From: a virus
Lineage: Duplodnaviria; Caudoviricetes
Virus record (IMG/VR): IMGVR_UViG_3300023179_000110
Span: 1-62,139 of that record
DNA: 62,139 nucleotides
Reading direction: 5' to 3' (one strand)
Shown one piece after another: positions 35,623 to 45,696 of this stretch (positions are counted from its first letter, which is position 1; every line of letters starts with the position of its first letter). Both the position numbers and the translations under genes were made by a program. The notes under the pieces were generated by a model. The model ran no database searches, had not been told where the DNA came from, and saw nothing but the letters and a program-made list of their open reading frames with translations.

Positions 35623-35829
35623 TGATTGGTTGGGCTTTTGTCGGCATCATGATTTGGATTCTTGGAATCATTTTATGGATTAACTATGACAGAAATCGGT
35701 AACGAAATTTCCGTTAGATGTAATTGGTGCGACAAGCCAACTCATGAACCTCAAGTTTTCAAGGGCTGGAACATTTTGTGCCCAAAGTGCTTTAAATACG
35801 CCTTTTCTGAGTGGTTTGAGGATGGTAAT

Positions 35830-35854
35830 AACTAAACCAAAAGTGTGTTACAAT
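35830..35854 (+). promoter_or_regulatory. Repeated phage promoter-like motif
   Basis: aactaaaccaaaagtgtgttacaat followed by GGAAGGACAAAATG. Confidence 0.7.
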
Positions 35855-36016
35855 GAAGTGTAGCGATAGGAAGGACAAAATGAAAACCTACAAGATAACA
35901 CTGGAATGCGATGAAGCCACAGCCAAGCAAATTTTGGCAATAGACGGAAAAGTGCTAAATGACAGGTGGCTGAAAATCATCGCTGTCGAAAAAGAAAAAA
36001 AGAAGGCAGGTAAGTA

Positions 36017-36274
36017 ATGGCGACTGTAACTAAGAAGCAAGCAGAAAAAGCCTTTACTCAAATCAAAAACAAATACAAGGGTTATTGGTCGGTTGAAAAT
36101 AATGCACCTAAATTGGTGAAGGATTGGAACTGGTCAGGAACCACTGCACCATACGCAATCATTTGGGAAGAGGGTCCATTTGAATGGGCAATTGACGCAT
36201 CGTTCAGCGTAAAAGTGGAAGGCGTGTTTGCTGAACCTTACACAAGTTGGGCACTAGGAATCTTTAAGGACTAA
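36017..36274 (+). CDS. Hypothetical protein (WEEGPFEW...FAEPYTSWALG)
   Basis: In plus-strand block with start/stop coupling. Confidence 0.7.
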   Translation: MATVTKKQAEKAFTQIKNKYKGYWSVENNAPKLVKDWNWSGTTAPYAIIWEEGPFEWAIDASFSVKVEGVFAEPYTSWALGIFKD

Positions 36275-36276
36275 AC

Positions 36277-36498
36277 ATGAACTGTCAGATTTGTGAACCG
36301 CTACTAGGTCGGGTTGTTCCGATGGAACGAGTCGTGCATAAGAAGCGAGAAGTCACGGGTTACACAAAACGACCTCGTGGTGGTTGGGCATACAAACGCA
36401 AAACCCTTGGTGAGAGTGTTAGTTGGTACTGTCCAAACAGTTTCTCGCATACAATCGTGGAAGAGGAAAATGATGAAACGGATAAAAGCGACACCTGA
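36277..36498 (+). CDS. Hypothetical protein
   Basis: CQIC...WYCP; follows previous gene. Confidence 0.55.
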   Translation: MNCQICEPLLGRVVPMERVVHKKREVTGYTKRPRGGWAYKRKTLGESVSWYCPNSFSHTIVEEENDETDKSDT

Positions 36499-36626
36499 GC
36501 AACTCAAGGCTCGGCTAGAACTTCGGCGTTCATCAGCGTCAGGTGCCCACACATCAAAAAAGGTTTACAAGCGGAAACCCAAACATGCTTGCAATCTTGA
36601 CGATTAGTCCTTAGAATCAGACATAG

Positions 36627-36671
36627 AAAAACCCCTGAAGGTTAATGGGAAGTCACCTTTAGGGGTTTTTT
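36627..36671. terminator. Bidirectional intrinsic terminator at the strand convergence
   Basis: aaaaacccctgaaggt ... acctttaggggtttttt hairpin with A/T tracts on both sides. Confidence 0.8.
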
Positions 36672-36675
36672 GCTG

Positions 36676-37095
36676 TTATTTACCCTTGTAACGGAAAATC
36701 CATTTAGGGTTAACGCCTTTACCAACTTGCCAAAATGGTGTTGGTTGTGCTTCAAAATGTAGATGCGAGCCCGAATGAGCGTTGCCTTCAACTCCGACAT
36801 CTGCAATGTGCTGACCCATCTTTACGAAATCGCCAGCCTTCACATAAACCTTTTTTACATGTGCGTAGGTGCAGTAATAAGTTTTGAAACGGAATTTGTG
36901 TTTGATTGTTGGTGAGAATTTTCCTAGGGCTGAACCTTGGGCACCAACTGATGTAACGATTCCATCGGCAACCGCATAAACGGGTGTTCCAAGCGGTGCC
37001 CCGAAATCTACGCCTTGATGCCATCCCGACATCCACTGCGTACCTTTTACCCCGTATTCACAAGTGACTTTTGGGTTTTTTACTGGGTATGCCAT
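36676..37095 (-). CDS. M23 peptidase endolysin
   Basis: HQGVDFG...GTPVYAVADG...YAH...HLHFE. Confidence 0.9.
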   Translation of the reverse strand: MAYPVKNPKVTCEYGVKGTQWMSGWHQGVDFGAPLGTPVYAVADGIVTSVGAQGSALGKFSPTIKHKFRFKTYYCTYAHVKKVYVKAGDFVKMGQHIADVGVEGNAHSGSHLHFEAQPTPFWQVGKGVNPKWIFRYKGK

Positions 37096-37316
37096 TATTC
37101 TGCACTTCCTCTACCGTATCGGGAATCCTGTGGATTCAAATAATTAATAGCAATGGTCAAAATAGCAATTACAACTGCTGACAGGGCTGGTGACAAATTA
37201 AATGCACTGATGTTATCCAATAACCACACTGCACTAGCACCAAAACCAATTTTTAGGGCTGTGCCAACTGGACTGGTCGCAACCATGTGTAAAAACTTTT
37301 CCCAATACTTTTTCAT
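37095..37316 (-). CDS. Putative holin
   Basis: Two TM segments, NYLNP.D.RYGRG tail, adjacent to the lysin. Confidence 0.7.
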   Translation of the reverse strand: MKKYWEKFLHMVATSPVGTALKIGFGASAVWLLDNISAFNLSPALSAVVIAILTIAINYLNPQDSRYGRGSAE

Positions 37317-37353
37317 GATTTGATGGTACCTCTGTTTTTTGACAATCGGGTTT

Positions 37354-37470
37354 TTAGCCACGGGATTTGCGTAAATGTGCAAGATTAAATTGAATTCCTT
37401 TACAGCAATCTGCGTATGATTCATGGTCTTGTGTTGGACATCCTTCTCTGCAATTTGGATTTCTTTCCAT
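37354..37470 (-). CDS. 38-aa Cys/His peptide (CREGCPTQDHESYADC)
   Basis: Hand-translated; TAATG coupling to the fibre gene. Confidence 0.6.
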   Translation of the reverse strand: MERNPNCREGCPTQDHESYADCCKGIQFNLAHLRKSRG

Positions 37471-39737
37471 TACAACATCACCGTCCAGTTTGTGCCATCT
37501 GTTACCAATAAGGCTGAACTGCCAGCCGTGGCAGGAAGAATTGCGTTACCTAATGTGCGTGAATTTTTAGGGTAAACATTGGATGACGCTGAATTTATTG
37601 CTCCACCGCCAACATTTAAAATACGGATTTCCACACCAGCCAATGCTGTCGGCAATGTTACTGTGCATCCTGTTGCTGAAGTTAAAACAACATTGATGTT
37701 TGTTAATGTAATTGTGTATGTAGTTCCTGCTTGAACGCTTGGTGTTCCGTTTGATAAACGAATGTTTGGCATTACAGGTGTGCCAGTAAAACTTGGTGAA
37801 GCAGACCTTACTGTTGAACCTGTGCCAGTAGATGTCGTTACTCCTGTTCCTCCGTACAAAACTGGAATAACTCCAGCATTCCAAGCACCTGTTGTAATTG
37901 TTCCAACTGTTGTAATGTCTGTTCCAACAAGGGCTGACGCTAGCACCGTACCTGCTGTTAAACCTACACCAGAACCGTAAAATTGGCTTGCTGTTACGCT
38001 TGATGTTGTAGTAATTGTTTGATTGCTTGTGATTTGACCAACATTTAAACTGTTAGCAACAATTCCGCCATCTTTTTGAACATAGGCAACAGGACTTGTA
38101 GCACTGCTACTGCCTTGTTTCCATTCGGTTAAATTGCCAGAAACCGTAATTGCTGTAACTGTTCCATTAACACCGCTTACATTATTACCTCCAGTTAAAA
38201 GTCCAATGGTGCTACCACCCAAGGTACCAATTTGATAAGTACCATTACCTGCTGTCATTCCACTTAAAGTAACCCATTGGTTTACAAATAATCCAGTAGT
38301 AATACCATTTGTTACTTGAACATAACTAAATGGCGTATTGTTATTTAAAAAACTAACAGAATAGGTAATTGTTCCTGTTGGTTGTATTACTAAAGGTGCA
38401 TTTGAACCTGTTGACGATGAATTAACTAAAACCTGACCACTACCACTTTGGGTAATGTTTCCTGTTCCGCTACTTGTAATACTTCCTGAACCAGAAACAT
38501 TTATCGAACCATTGCTGACATTTAATCCAGAACTAGGAATTGATGCTGGCGGTGTACCAATCACCATTCCTTGAACTGAAACGCCACCTGACGCATTGTA
38601 AGCAACAAGGCTTGATGCGGTTTGACCTAATGCACCTTGTAAATTTCCAGCCATAGAACGAGGTGCCCAGTTTGTTGAATCGGCTGATGGTGCTGTAGTA
38701 CCTGCACCAGCAACACGGCGAACATAATAACCCGTTTGATAAAGAACAAGGTCGCCAACTGCATAAGTGGTACCAGAAACCCATGTTGTAGCAACAGGGA
38801 TAGCGGTTTGACCCGTGCCACCATTGCTAACTGGAACCGTACCTAAACCAATTGTTCCCGTAGATGTGATTGTTCCACCTGTTAATGGTGAAGAAGCGGT
38901 AATTGAGGTTACACCCGTAACAGGAAAATTAGTGTTTTTCCATACAGAATTTGCTGAATCGTAAGAAATGGTTTGCCCGTCAGCAAGTGAAGAAATTTGT
39001 ACATTGTGTAATTCTTCCAACTCGAAACCGTTTTGAGGTTTTACATAAATAACGCCATTGTTTTGTTGGGCACGAAGAACATAGCCAACAAAAACCATGT
39101 GTGTTGGGGCTGAAGGTTTATTAGCAATACCAAAAACCATGCCACCAGCCGTAGTCCCAGATAACCAAATTGGGTCGCCATCTGAAGCAGAACCTGTGTT
39201 TATTCCTGTCAAAATTCCTTCGGTGGCAACATAACCAAAAGCGTTAACTGCTAAATCTTGTTCCAATACACCAAGAGTTTTTGATGATGTTGCCTCACTA
39301 TTTGCTTGGGCTAATGCAATAAGGGGATTGGCTCCAACTGCACTGTTGATGTAAACAACTTGACCCTTGGTCATTACTGACCCTGACCCATTTTTTACAT
39401 AAACATGAACTTGTTGGGCTGTGGCACTATTGGTTGCTATGTCGTAAACCGTTTTAACGCTGTTTGGTGTAGCACCCGTTGTGGTGCTTGTGCTGGATAC
39501 GGAATCTTCCAACTGCACTGCACCTTTTTGTGCGGTGGTTGCGTCATTGATAGCCACGGTTTTGGTTGTGCTGTTGTATGTAATTGGGGATGTTGCGTTA
39601 ACAACCCCTGATGGACCCTGTAGCCCAATGTCGGACACGGTAACAGCAACTGGTGATTCTGTAACGCTTACTGCTACAGCATTTTCGGTAGTTGTAATTT
39701 CAACTATTTGTTCAGTGGTACTAATTTCACCAGCCAT
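37470..39737 (-). CDS. Tail fibre / virion fibre protein
   Basis: 755 aa G/S/T-rich; ATTAQKGAVQL, GGTG repeats, carbohydrate-binding-like WVSGTTYAVGDLV.Y, C-terminal TDGTNW. Confidence 0.8.
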   Translation of the reverse strand: MAGEISTTEQIVEITTTENAVAVSVTESPVAVTVSDIGLQGPSGVVNATSPITYNSTTKTVAINDATTAQKGAVQLEDSVSSTSTTTGATPNSVKTVYDIATNSATAQQVHVYVKNGSGSVMTKGQVVYINSAVGANPLIALAQANSEATSSKTLGVLEQDLAVNAFGYVATEGILTGINTGSASDGDPIWLSGTTAGGMVFGIANKPSAPTHMVFVGYVLRAQQNNGVIYVKPQNGFELEELHNVQISSLADGQTISYDSANSVWKNTNFPVTGVTSITASSPLTGGTITSTGTIGLGTVPVSNGGTGQTAIPVATTWVSGTTYAVGDLVLYQTGYYVRRVAGAGTTAPSADSTNWAPRSMAGNLQGALGQTASSLVAYNASGGVSVQGMVIGTPPASIPSSGLNVSNGSINVSGSGSITSSGTGNITQSGSGQVLVNSSSTGSNAPLVIQPTGTITYSVSFLNNNTPFSYVQVTNGITTGLFVNQWVTLSGMTAGNGTYQIGTLGGSTIGLLTGGNNVSGVNGTVTAITVSGNLTEWKQGSSSATSPVAYVQKDGGIVANSLNVGQITSNQTITTTSSVTASQFYGSGVGLTAGTVLASALVGTDITTVGTITTGAWNAGVIPVLYGGTGVTTSTGTGSTVRSASPSFTGTPVMPNIRLSNGTPSVQAGTTYTITLTNINVVLTSATGCTVTLPTALAGVEIRILNVGGGAINSASSNVYPKNSRTLGNAILPATAGSSALLVTDGTNWTVML

Positions 39738-39745
39738 GAAAACCC

Positions 39746-40069
39746 CTATTTGTTGGTGCGGTTGCTTACGGTGATGGTTCCCTGCATAAGTGATGTTGGA
39801 TGACCACTGGTATCTGTGATTTCAAAATCGTACACAAATTCGCCAATACCCATAGCGGTGGCTTGGGCACTTGTAATTGTTATGGTGAAACTGCCGTTAG
39901 CAAGGGTAATGCCATTATTTTTGGTCAGGGCTAATAACACAGATGAATCAAGGTGTGCCCGTACAGTAAATCTGGCTGTGTAATCGGTTAAATTGTATCC
40001 AGCCATGGTGAACTGTTGGCTCCAATAAGAAGCCGTAGGTACCTCAAAATCGTATGTGCCGTATTTCAT
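39746..40069 (-). CDS. Fibre-associated BppU-like adaptor
   Basis: YNLTDYTARFTVR...ITITSAQAT.....VYDFEI.......LMQG.ITV. Confidence 0.7.
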   Translation of the reverse strand: MKYGTYDFEVPTASYWSQQFTMAGYNLTDYTARFTVRAHLDSSVLLALTKNNGITLANGSFTITITSAQATAMGIGEFVYDFEITDTSGHPTSLMQGTITVSNRTNK

Positions 40070-40677
40070 TAATCATCAGCCTCTAAAGATTTTTTTAAAA
40101 GATTTTTAGTAGTAGCAAATTTACGCAAATGGGCTTCCGCATAACCAAATCCAGCCAAATAAGCCGTAGCATAATCGTATGTACCAAAATCATTAGTAAT
40201 TATGTATCGTTTTGGTTTTCGTAAACTACTCAACTTTACAGGTTTTTCACCGTGGCTAGTTTTTTGCTCCCAATACTTAATGCCATCCTCAAACGCTTTA
40301 CGCCCAGTGTTTCTGCTATTACCAACTGATGCATAGGCTCGCATGGCCGCTGTATGTGTTAATTTTTTAAACACTTCAATGTCATCATTTTTTATTGCGT
40401 CTTCAATTTCTTGTGGACTGAATTTGCGTTTTGTTGATGCTGGGCTTACATAATCTGATTTGGGTTTTGTTGTGTTGGTGGTGCTGGGTGCATTATTAGT
40501 GGTGTTAGGTGTTGGATTAGGTGCAACATCAACATTGGAATTGCCACCATTATTGGAACCACCATGTGCCCAATTACCGTGTGCTGATTGGTCGCCTGAA
40601 CCATGCTTCTCTAGTTTTTCTGCTAAAGATTCCATCTGGTCTTCTAGTTCTTGAAGAATTTCGCCAAGATTGCCCAT
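40069..40677 (-). CDS. Tagged protein (coiled-coil leader + tag + unknown domain)
   Basis: LEKHGSGDQSAHGNWAHGG. Confidence 0.8.
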   Translation of the reverse strand: MGNLGEILQELEDQMESLAEKLEKHGSGDQSAHGNWAHGGSNNGGNSNVDVAPNPTPNTTNNAPSTTNTTKPKSDYVSPASTKRKFSPQEIEDAIKNDDIEVFKKLTHTAAMRAYASVGNSRNTGRKAFEDGIKYWEQKTSHGEKPVKLSSLRKPKRYIITNDFGTYDYATAYLAGFGYAEAHLRKFATTKNLLKKSLEADD

Positions 40678-40694
40678 CGTTAACTCCTAAATTT

Positions 40695-41204
40695 TTAATA
40701 ATTATTTGCGTTCGGATGATGCTCTGCAAGATACATGCCAAAATCGTAAGCATTTCTTTCTTCGGGAGTCATGTCTTCAACACCCCAATTGGTGTCATAG
40801 CCCATTGTTGATGCTAAACCTGAATCGTATTTTTTCCCATGATTAATGCCATCTCGCCCCATGTCTATGGCTTGTTTAAATTTTCGACCTCGTTGGCGTT
40901 GTGTTGTTAACCATTTGCCCAATTGTGCATTTGAAGCGGTTGACCAATCTTTCTGGGTAGTGCCAGCAAAAGGTGCTGAAGTTGATGGTTTTACATCTTC
41001 TGAAGTCAATTTTATTTTTTGTCGGGTTGAAACAACGGCTGGACCTGATGTGGGTTTACCGCTAATAATTTTTTTGTCCCCACCTGAACCACCTGTAGCC
41101 CAATTACCATGAGAACTCTGGTCATGAGAACCGCCACCATGTTTTTCTAAACGGGTACGCAAAGATTCAATTTGTGTTTCTAATGCTTTTAATAAATTTT
41201 CCAC
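40695..41204 (-). CDS. Tagged protein (coiled-coil leader + tag + unknown domain)
   Basis: LEKHGGGSHDQSSHGNWATGG. Confidence 0.8.
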   Translation of the reverse strand: MENLLKALETQIESLRTRLEKHGGGSHDQSSHGNWATGGSGGDKKIISGKPTSGPAVVSTRQKIKLTSEDVKPSTSAPFAGTTQKDWSTASNAQLGKWLTTQRQRGRKFKQAIDMGRDGINHGKKYDSGLASTMGYDTNWGVEDMTPEERNAYDFGMYLAEHHPNANNY

Positions 41205-41253
41205 AGCAACTCCTTAGTTTGGTGCGATTTACTTTACCAAACAAAAATAACGA

Positions 41254-42858
41254 TTAGACTACTCGCCACCCGTTTGCTTGACCCAATGACACGGGAACAG
41301 CAGGAATAACGGCTCGACCCTTTGATGGTTCGTACATCGCTAAAAGGATTGCTTCACCACGGTCAGGGGAAGTCATGCCACGGCGTTTCATTTCCACCTT
41401 TGATTCGATTTGGATGCGTCCAGCAGAATCGGATTTGAATGTTGGGGTAGATAATTGGGCTAAGGTTGCTCTATCCGTATCAAGGGCAACATCTTGCTCT
41501 TTAGCGTCATTAGGTTGTAGCAATAATCGCCCGTTCCACCACATTTCGGCTCTTTGATTGCGGAACTTATCAGGGTCATTTGCTCGTTCTGAAACATTCA
41601 CACCAATAATGTTTGCGTTCCACTGTTTTTCGTCACACCACTTTTTGAGCAATGAAACGACACCCCAGCCCACGCCAATGGTGTCAATTTTTACATGTAA
41701 TTTGTCTTGAACTCCACGCTCTTCATGGATTGCTAGGCATTCCTCGATTTCACGGGCTACAACACCTGCAACATCCACGGCGTTATGGTTTTGAATACCA
41801 GAGGATTTGTGGGTGATTTTGACCCTGTAGCCGTCCATACGGGCAATTACGAACTCGTCACCACCATCGGATGCAACATCCACCCCAAGCCTAATACGGG
41901 GCGATTCTAGGGGGTTTTCGTTTTGTGATGCTAAATCAGCCCACATAAACGGAATTACCTTGTTGGCAACTGCTCGTGGGAATCTTGCATGAACACGGGC
42001 TTCCACGAAAGGGGAATCCTCACCGAATTCGCCTACAACATCGTCAACCCACCTTTGGTCAACTAAATGCGTTGCTACAGCATGCGGAGCGATGTGAACA
42101 GGGCAGGATTGGCACATTCCCGTTTCTTCCCCTGTGAAATTGGGTGTGTCATAAGCACCAATGGGAATTGTTTTGTACAAATCGCTATTACAGGCTCGCT
42201 CAAACCATGAATCTTCTTGGTCGGTAGGTGGATTACCCAAAAGTAATAAACGGGTATTTCCACCCGTCATGAGGGCTTCTAATGAGCGTCCTACAACTTC
42301 ACCAATACCGCCAGCCTCATCCACGATAATGAGCAAATTGGGCATGTGAATACCTTGGGCCGCCGACTCATCATAGGGATTTGGGCTAAATCCGTAGGCA
42401 ACGATGTCCCCGTTAACTTTCCATGTCTGGGTCAGCACCTCACCCTTCAATTTCGCTTTTGTGGCGGTTTTGCGAATGTGGGGCCAGATAATGTTGCGTA
42501 CCTGACGGTGTGTTGGAGCGATAGTAACGCATAGCGTTGTACCTACGGGATGAGCCGATACCCACCAAGCGGCCAGACGGGCTGAAAGGTGAGATTTTCC
42601 AGGTCCATGGCATGCTGGAACTGCTACACGCTGGTTTTCTAGGATTGCGTTGGCGATTTCACGCTGTTTTGACCACATGACCTCACCCAAACCTTCGGTG
42701 ATGAAGCCAACTGGGTCTTTTTCCCATTTTGCCCACGGGTTATCAATTTCGGCATCCAGCAGGTTTGATAATGCTAGTCGTTCGTCAGGTTCTAATCCTG
42801 CGTAGATTCGCATGCGTTCCTGTGGGTCGGCTTGGAGCAAACGGTCAACTAAACGCAT
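41254..42858 (-). CDS. terL: Terminase large subunit
   Basis: ACHGPGKS Walker A, IIVDEA Walker B, LGNP, LGVDVA nuclease, SPDRGEA. Confidence 0.95.
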   Translation of the reverse strand: MRLVDRLLQADPQERMRIYAGLEPDERLALSNLLDAEIDNPWAKWEKDPVGFITEGLGEVMWSKQREIANAILENQRVAVPACHGPGKSHLSARLAAWWVSAHPVGTTLCVTIAPTHRQVRNIIWPHIRKTATKAKLKGEVLTQTWKVNGDIVAYGFSPNPYDESAAQGIHMPNLLIIVDEAGGIGEVVGRSLEALMTGGNTRLLLLGNPPTDQEDSWFERACNSDLYKTIPIGAYDTPNFTGEETGMCQSCPVHIAPHAVATHLVDQRWVDDVVGEFGEDSPFVEARVHARFPRAVANKVIPFMWADLASQNENPLESPRIRLGVDVASDGGDEFVIARMDGYRVKITHKSSGIQNHNAVDVAGVVAREIEECLAIHEERGVQDKLHVKIDTIGVGWGVVSLLKKWCDEKQWNANIIGVNVSERANDPDKFRNQRAEMWWNGRLLLQPNDAKEQDVALDTDRATLAQLSTPTFKSDSAGRIQIESKVEMKRRGMTSPDRGEAILLAMYEPSKGRAVIPAVPVSLGQANGWRVV

Positions 42859-42867
42859 AACCGTAGT

Positions 42868-43392
42868 TTACTCTTCCGTTTCTCGCTTGCTTGCTATCTG
42901 AAGGATTTTGCGTTCCAATTCATCTGAGGCAACATCAATTTTGATTGCTCCACCATCGGCTCCTGTAATTTCGGTGTGGTCGGTGCGTCCCCATTTCTTC
43001 GGGTATGAGCGTTCCAGATACCATGCTGATGCTTGCCATGTTCCCGTACTCGCGGCCTGCTGGATTTGCATGACGGCTCGTAATTCGGATTCTGCCCGTA
43101 CCTTTTCGACTGCCACCAAGAATTCTAGAAACACTACCTCGGTTTCATCTGGTTGGCTGTCAGGAAATACCTCTAGCCTGTCCCGTTCTTTCTTTCCACG
43201 GGCTAACCAATTGAATAATGTGGCTTGACTGATTCCTGCGTAACTGGCCGCCGTATCTAGATAACAGCCAGATTTTAGGGCTTCAAGGATGATTTCTGAT
43301 TTTTCTAGCGTTAATTTGGTTTTGCGTCCAACGGTAGGTTTTTTGGCTGTCGCTTTTTTTGCTGGTGTGGCTTTTTTAGGCGTTGCGGTCAT
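42868..43392 (-). CDS. terS: Terminase small subunit
   Basis: GRKTKL...G.YLDTAASYAGIS..TLFNWL..G...WQASAWYLER. Confidence 0.85.
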   Translation of the reverse strand: MTATPKKATPAKKATAKKPTVGRKTKLTLEKSEIILEALKSGCYLDTAASYAGISQATLFNWLARGKKERDRLEVFPDSQPDETEVVFLEFLVAVEKVRAESELRAVMQIQQAASTGTWQASAWYLERSYPKKWGRTDHTEITGADGGAIKIDVASDELERKILQIASKRETEE

Positions 43393-43521
43393 TTTTCTTG
43401 TTCCTACGCTTGTTTGAATTTTTAAAGTCTTCCCATGTCATCAGAAATAAAGTGGCAATGAGCAGAAATGATGTACTCGCTAAAAATACAACTATTGTTC
43501 CTGTAATTATTTCGTCAATGC

Positions 43522-43767
43522 TCACGATTCCTCCAGTAACTCAATTGTTGGGCATGGGTAAATGTATTTGTAATGAAAGCCGTTAGTGCCGATGGTGACA
43601 TTTTGCTCGCTAATCGTCCAGCAATGCTTACACACCGTTAAATCAGCAAATTTCTGTGGTTTGTGTAATTCACGGATTTTGTCTTTGATTTCGTTTTGTG
43701 CTGAAATCCATAATGTTTGTTGCCATTTGTCTAGGCAACTCTTAAAGGTGAAACGGTGTTGAGTCAT
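43522..43767 (-). CDS. Small Zn-binding protein (IRELHKP...CxxC...YPCPTI)
   Basis: Motif shared with the next gene. Confidence 0.7.
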   Translation of the reverse strand: MTQHRFTFKSCLDKWQQTLWISAQNEIKDKIRELHKPQKFADLTVCKHCWTISEQNVTIGTNGFHYKYIYPCPTIELLEES

Positions 43768-44009
43768 TTCTGCTCACCGTCTAACGCTTTGATTGTTGGG
43801 CATGGGTAAGGGGTCAGGTATTCTTCCATTCCTTGCTCTACCGAACATTCGTAACACCAAATTGTTACACCATGAAGCACACTGTCTTTTACATAATGCT
43901 GATTGGTGTCTTCGTATGGTTTGTGCAATTCTCGAATTCGCTCAATTGCTGATTCTGCAATTTTTAAGCGTTCTAGGGCTTTACGCACATACTCGGTAGT
44001 GAATCTCAT
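43764..44009 (-). CDS. Small Zn-binding protein (IRELHKP...CxxC...YPCPTI)
   Basis: Paralogue of 43522-43767; ATG 44009 overlaps the upstream stop. Confidence 0.7.
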   Translation of the reverse strand: MRFTTEYVRKALERLKIAESAIERIRELHKPYEDTNQHYVKDSVLHGVTIWCYECSVEQGMEEYLTPYPCPTIKALDGEQK

Positions 44010-45193
44010 GAATAAATTATGCCCTGCTCTGGTATTTGCAAGCGATAACTGATGTCTTCGTGTGTTAATCCTGCACACCATCTGTTTATGTCTGCTTTAG
44101 GCATACGGAATGCAAATGAGCCAACTTTGCATGTGGTTTTGCCCGTTGTGTCTGGTGCTGGGCTTGGTGCCCCTCCACCCAATAATTCGGCTACATCGGC
44201 TGGTTCGTATCCTGTGCCTTTCCAGTCGGGTAGGGAACTGATTAGGAGCCGTAATGCTTCCCTGTCGTATGTTCCGTGGTCGCTGGTGCGGTTATCTACC
44301 AAAACTATGCGTGAGGCTTCATCGTCTGTGCATTGAATGTAGGTGACAGCGATTTGTTTCCATCCGAGTGCTTTGACGGCTTGGTAGGTGTGGTTTCCTG
44401 CGAGGATTGTTCCGTCTGTTCGGGCTACGATTGGTCGGTATTGTCCGAGTTCTTTGAGGGATTGAGCGATTGCTCCGATGTCCCCTTCTCGTGGGTTTTG
44501 TGGGTATGGGCGTAGGTCTTGAATGTCCACTAGGACTGCTTCTACCCGTTCTGGTGGGCTTAATAATGTCGCTGGGTCGTTGTACATTGGCAATGCAGGT
44601 GTGGGCAACTGGAGCCATTCCTTGATTGTCGCTATGACTCGTGGGCGTTTCTGGTCACAATCTGCCAGCATCGCTTCTTCCCATGCTTCGTAAATCTGTG
44701 CATCTAGAGTCCCCCTGAATTTACCTAGCACCAACTGGTATTCGTCATCTTGTGCTTCACGCATTGGTTTGTCATCTGGAGTGAATGGGCTGTTTAGGAG
44801 TTCGCTGAGATTAGCAAGGTCGTCATCTGTAAATCCTGTCCCTGCGAGGTCGGGAAGTTCACTGAGCATGCCAAAAAGTGCGTCCTCATTGTATGAACTC
44901 AAATCGGAAGTGCGATTATCGGCAATCATGATTTTCTTGGCTGTGGCTTCATCCACATCTACCCAAACCACGGCAACTTTAGTCCAGCGTAGTTTTTTAA
45001 TTGCTTTGTATGTGTGATTACCTGCAAGAATGCACTTGTCACGCTTGTTAACCACAATGGGCTTGTATTGCCCGTGCCTGTCTAGGGACTCAGCAATCTT
45101 GTCAATGTCACCCCGTCTAGCGTTTTGTGGGTGAGGCGTGATTGAGTTGACTGGAACTGTTTCGGTTTCGGCAATCCTGATGTTGTTGCCCAT
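44006..45193 (-). CDS. Tandem double ParB/Srx-like domain protein
   Basis: P.N.R.GDI..IA.SL...GQY.PIV....ILAGNHTY.A.K.L.W...DNRTSD occurs twice. Confidence 0.85.
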   Translation of the reverse strand: MGNNIRIAETETVPVNSITPHPQNARRGDIDKIAESLDRHGQYKPIVVNKRDKCILAGNHTYKAIKKLRWTKVAVVWVDVDEATAKKIMIADNRTSDLSSYNEDALFGMLSELPDLAGTGFTDDDLANLSELLNSPFTPDDKPMREAQDDEYQLVLGKFRGTLDAQIYEAWEEAMLADCDQKRPRVIATIKEWLQLPTPALPMYNDPATLLSPPERVEAVLVDIQDLRPYPQNPREGDIGAIAQSLKELGQYRPIVARTDGTILAGNHTYQAVKALGWKQIAVTYIQCTDDEASRIVLVDNRTSDHGTYDREALRLLISSLPDWKGTGYEPADVAELLGGGAPSPAPDTTGKTTCKVGSFAFRMPKADINRWCAGLTHEDISYRLQIPEQGIIYS

Positions 45194-45197
45194 GGAT

Positions 45198-45404
45198 TTA
45201 CTCCGTGTTTTTCAATGCGTATGACGCACGAACTAGGGCTTCAGCATCTGATTCCCGTCCGTCAGCCATTTCAAGGTTTGCTCGAACCTCTAACCAATGT
45301 GCGAACCATTCGGTTGCTACTTGTGCCACGGTTTCGTCAATGTGGCTGGTTTCCTCGTTGCAAGCAAGTGCTTTTACAAGGCTTTGAGTTGCTGTGTTGG
45401 TCAT
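45198..45404 (-). CDS. Hypothetical protein
   Basis: ATG 45404 after a GAGAGGGG RBS. Confidence 0.6.
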   Translation of the reverse strand: MTNTATQSLVKALACNEETSHIDETVAQVATEWFAHWLEVRANLEMADGRESDAEALVRASYALKNTE

Positions 45405-45417
45405 TTTGTATCCCCTC

Positions 45418-45696
45418 TCAAGGATTTCGTGGTGGTCGTCCAACTCTGGCTTTGCCGTGTTCATCTCTTGGGATTTCATCTTTGATGATTTTGTAAATGT
45501 TCTGGTATGTGGTGCCCATGTACTCAGACATTGTTTTGTAGGTAATTTGTTTTTCTTTAAGTTTCAGGATGAGTTCTTTACGGCGTTTCATGAGCGTTTC
45601 AATCTGGTCGTGGTGTTCTTTCATCATTCCCGAAACCAATCGAAGTTCTTCAAGTTGGCGTTCGGTTTCTTTACCTGCTGGTCGTAAAAATGCCAT
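45418..45696 (-). CDS. HTH DNA-binding protein
   Basis: RRKELILKL...ITYKTMSEYMGTTYQNIYKI; GRPP AT-hook-like end. Confidence 0.7.
   Translation of the reverse strand: MAFLRPAGKETERQLEELRLVSGMMKEHHDQIETLMKRRKELILKLKEKQITYKTMSEYMGTTYQNIYKIIKDEIPRDEHGKARVGRPPRNP

Noticed and set aside
32480-36607. Lysogeny module
   Set aside because: An XRE-like HTH gene is present, but I found no integrase, ParA or att-like site; lifestyle cannot be called.
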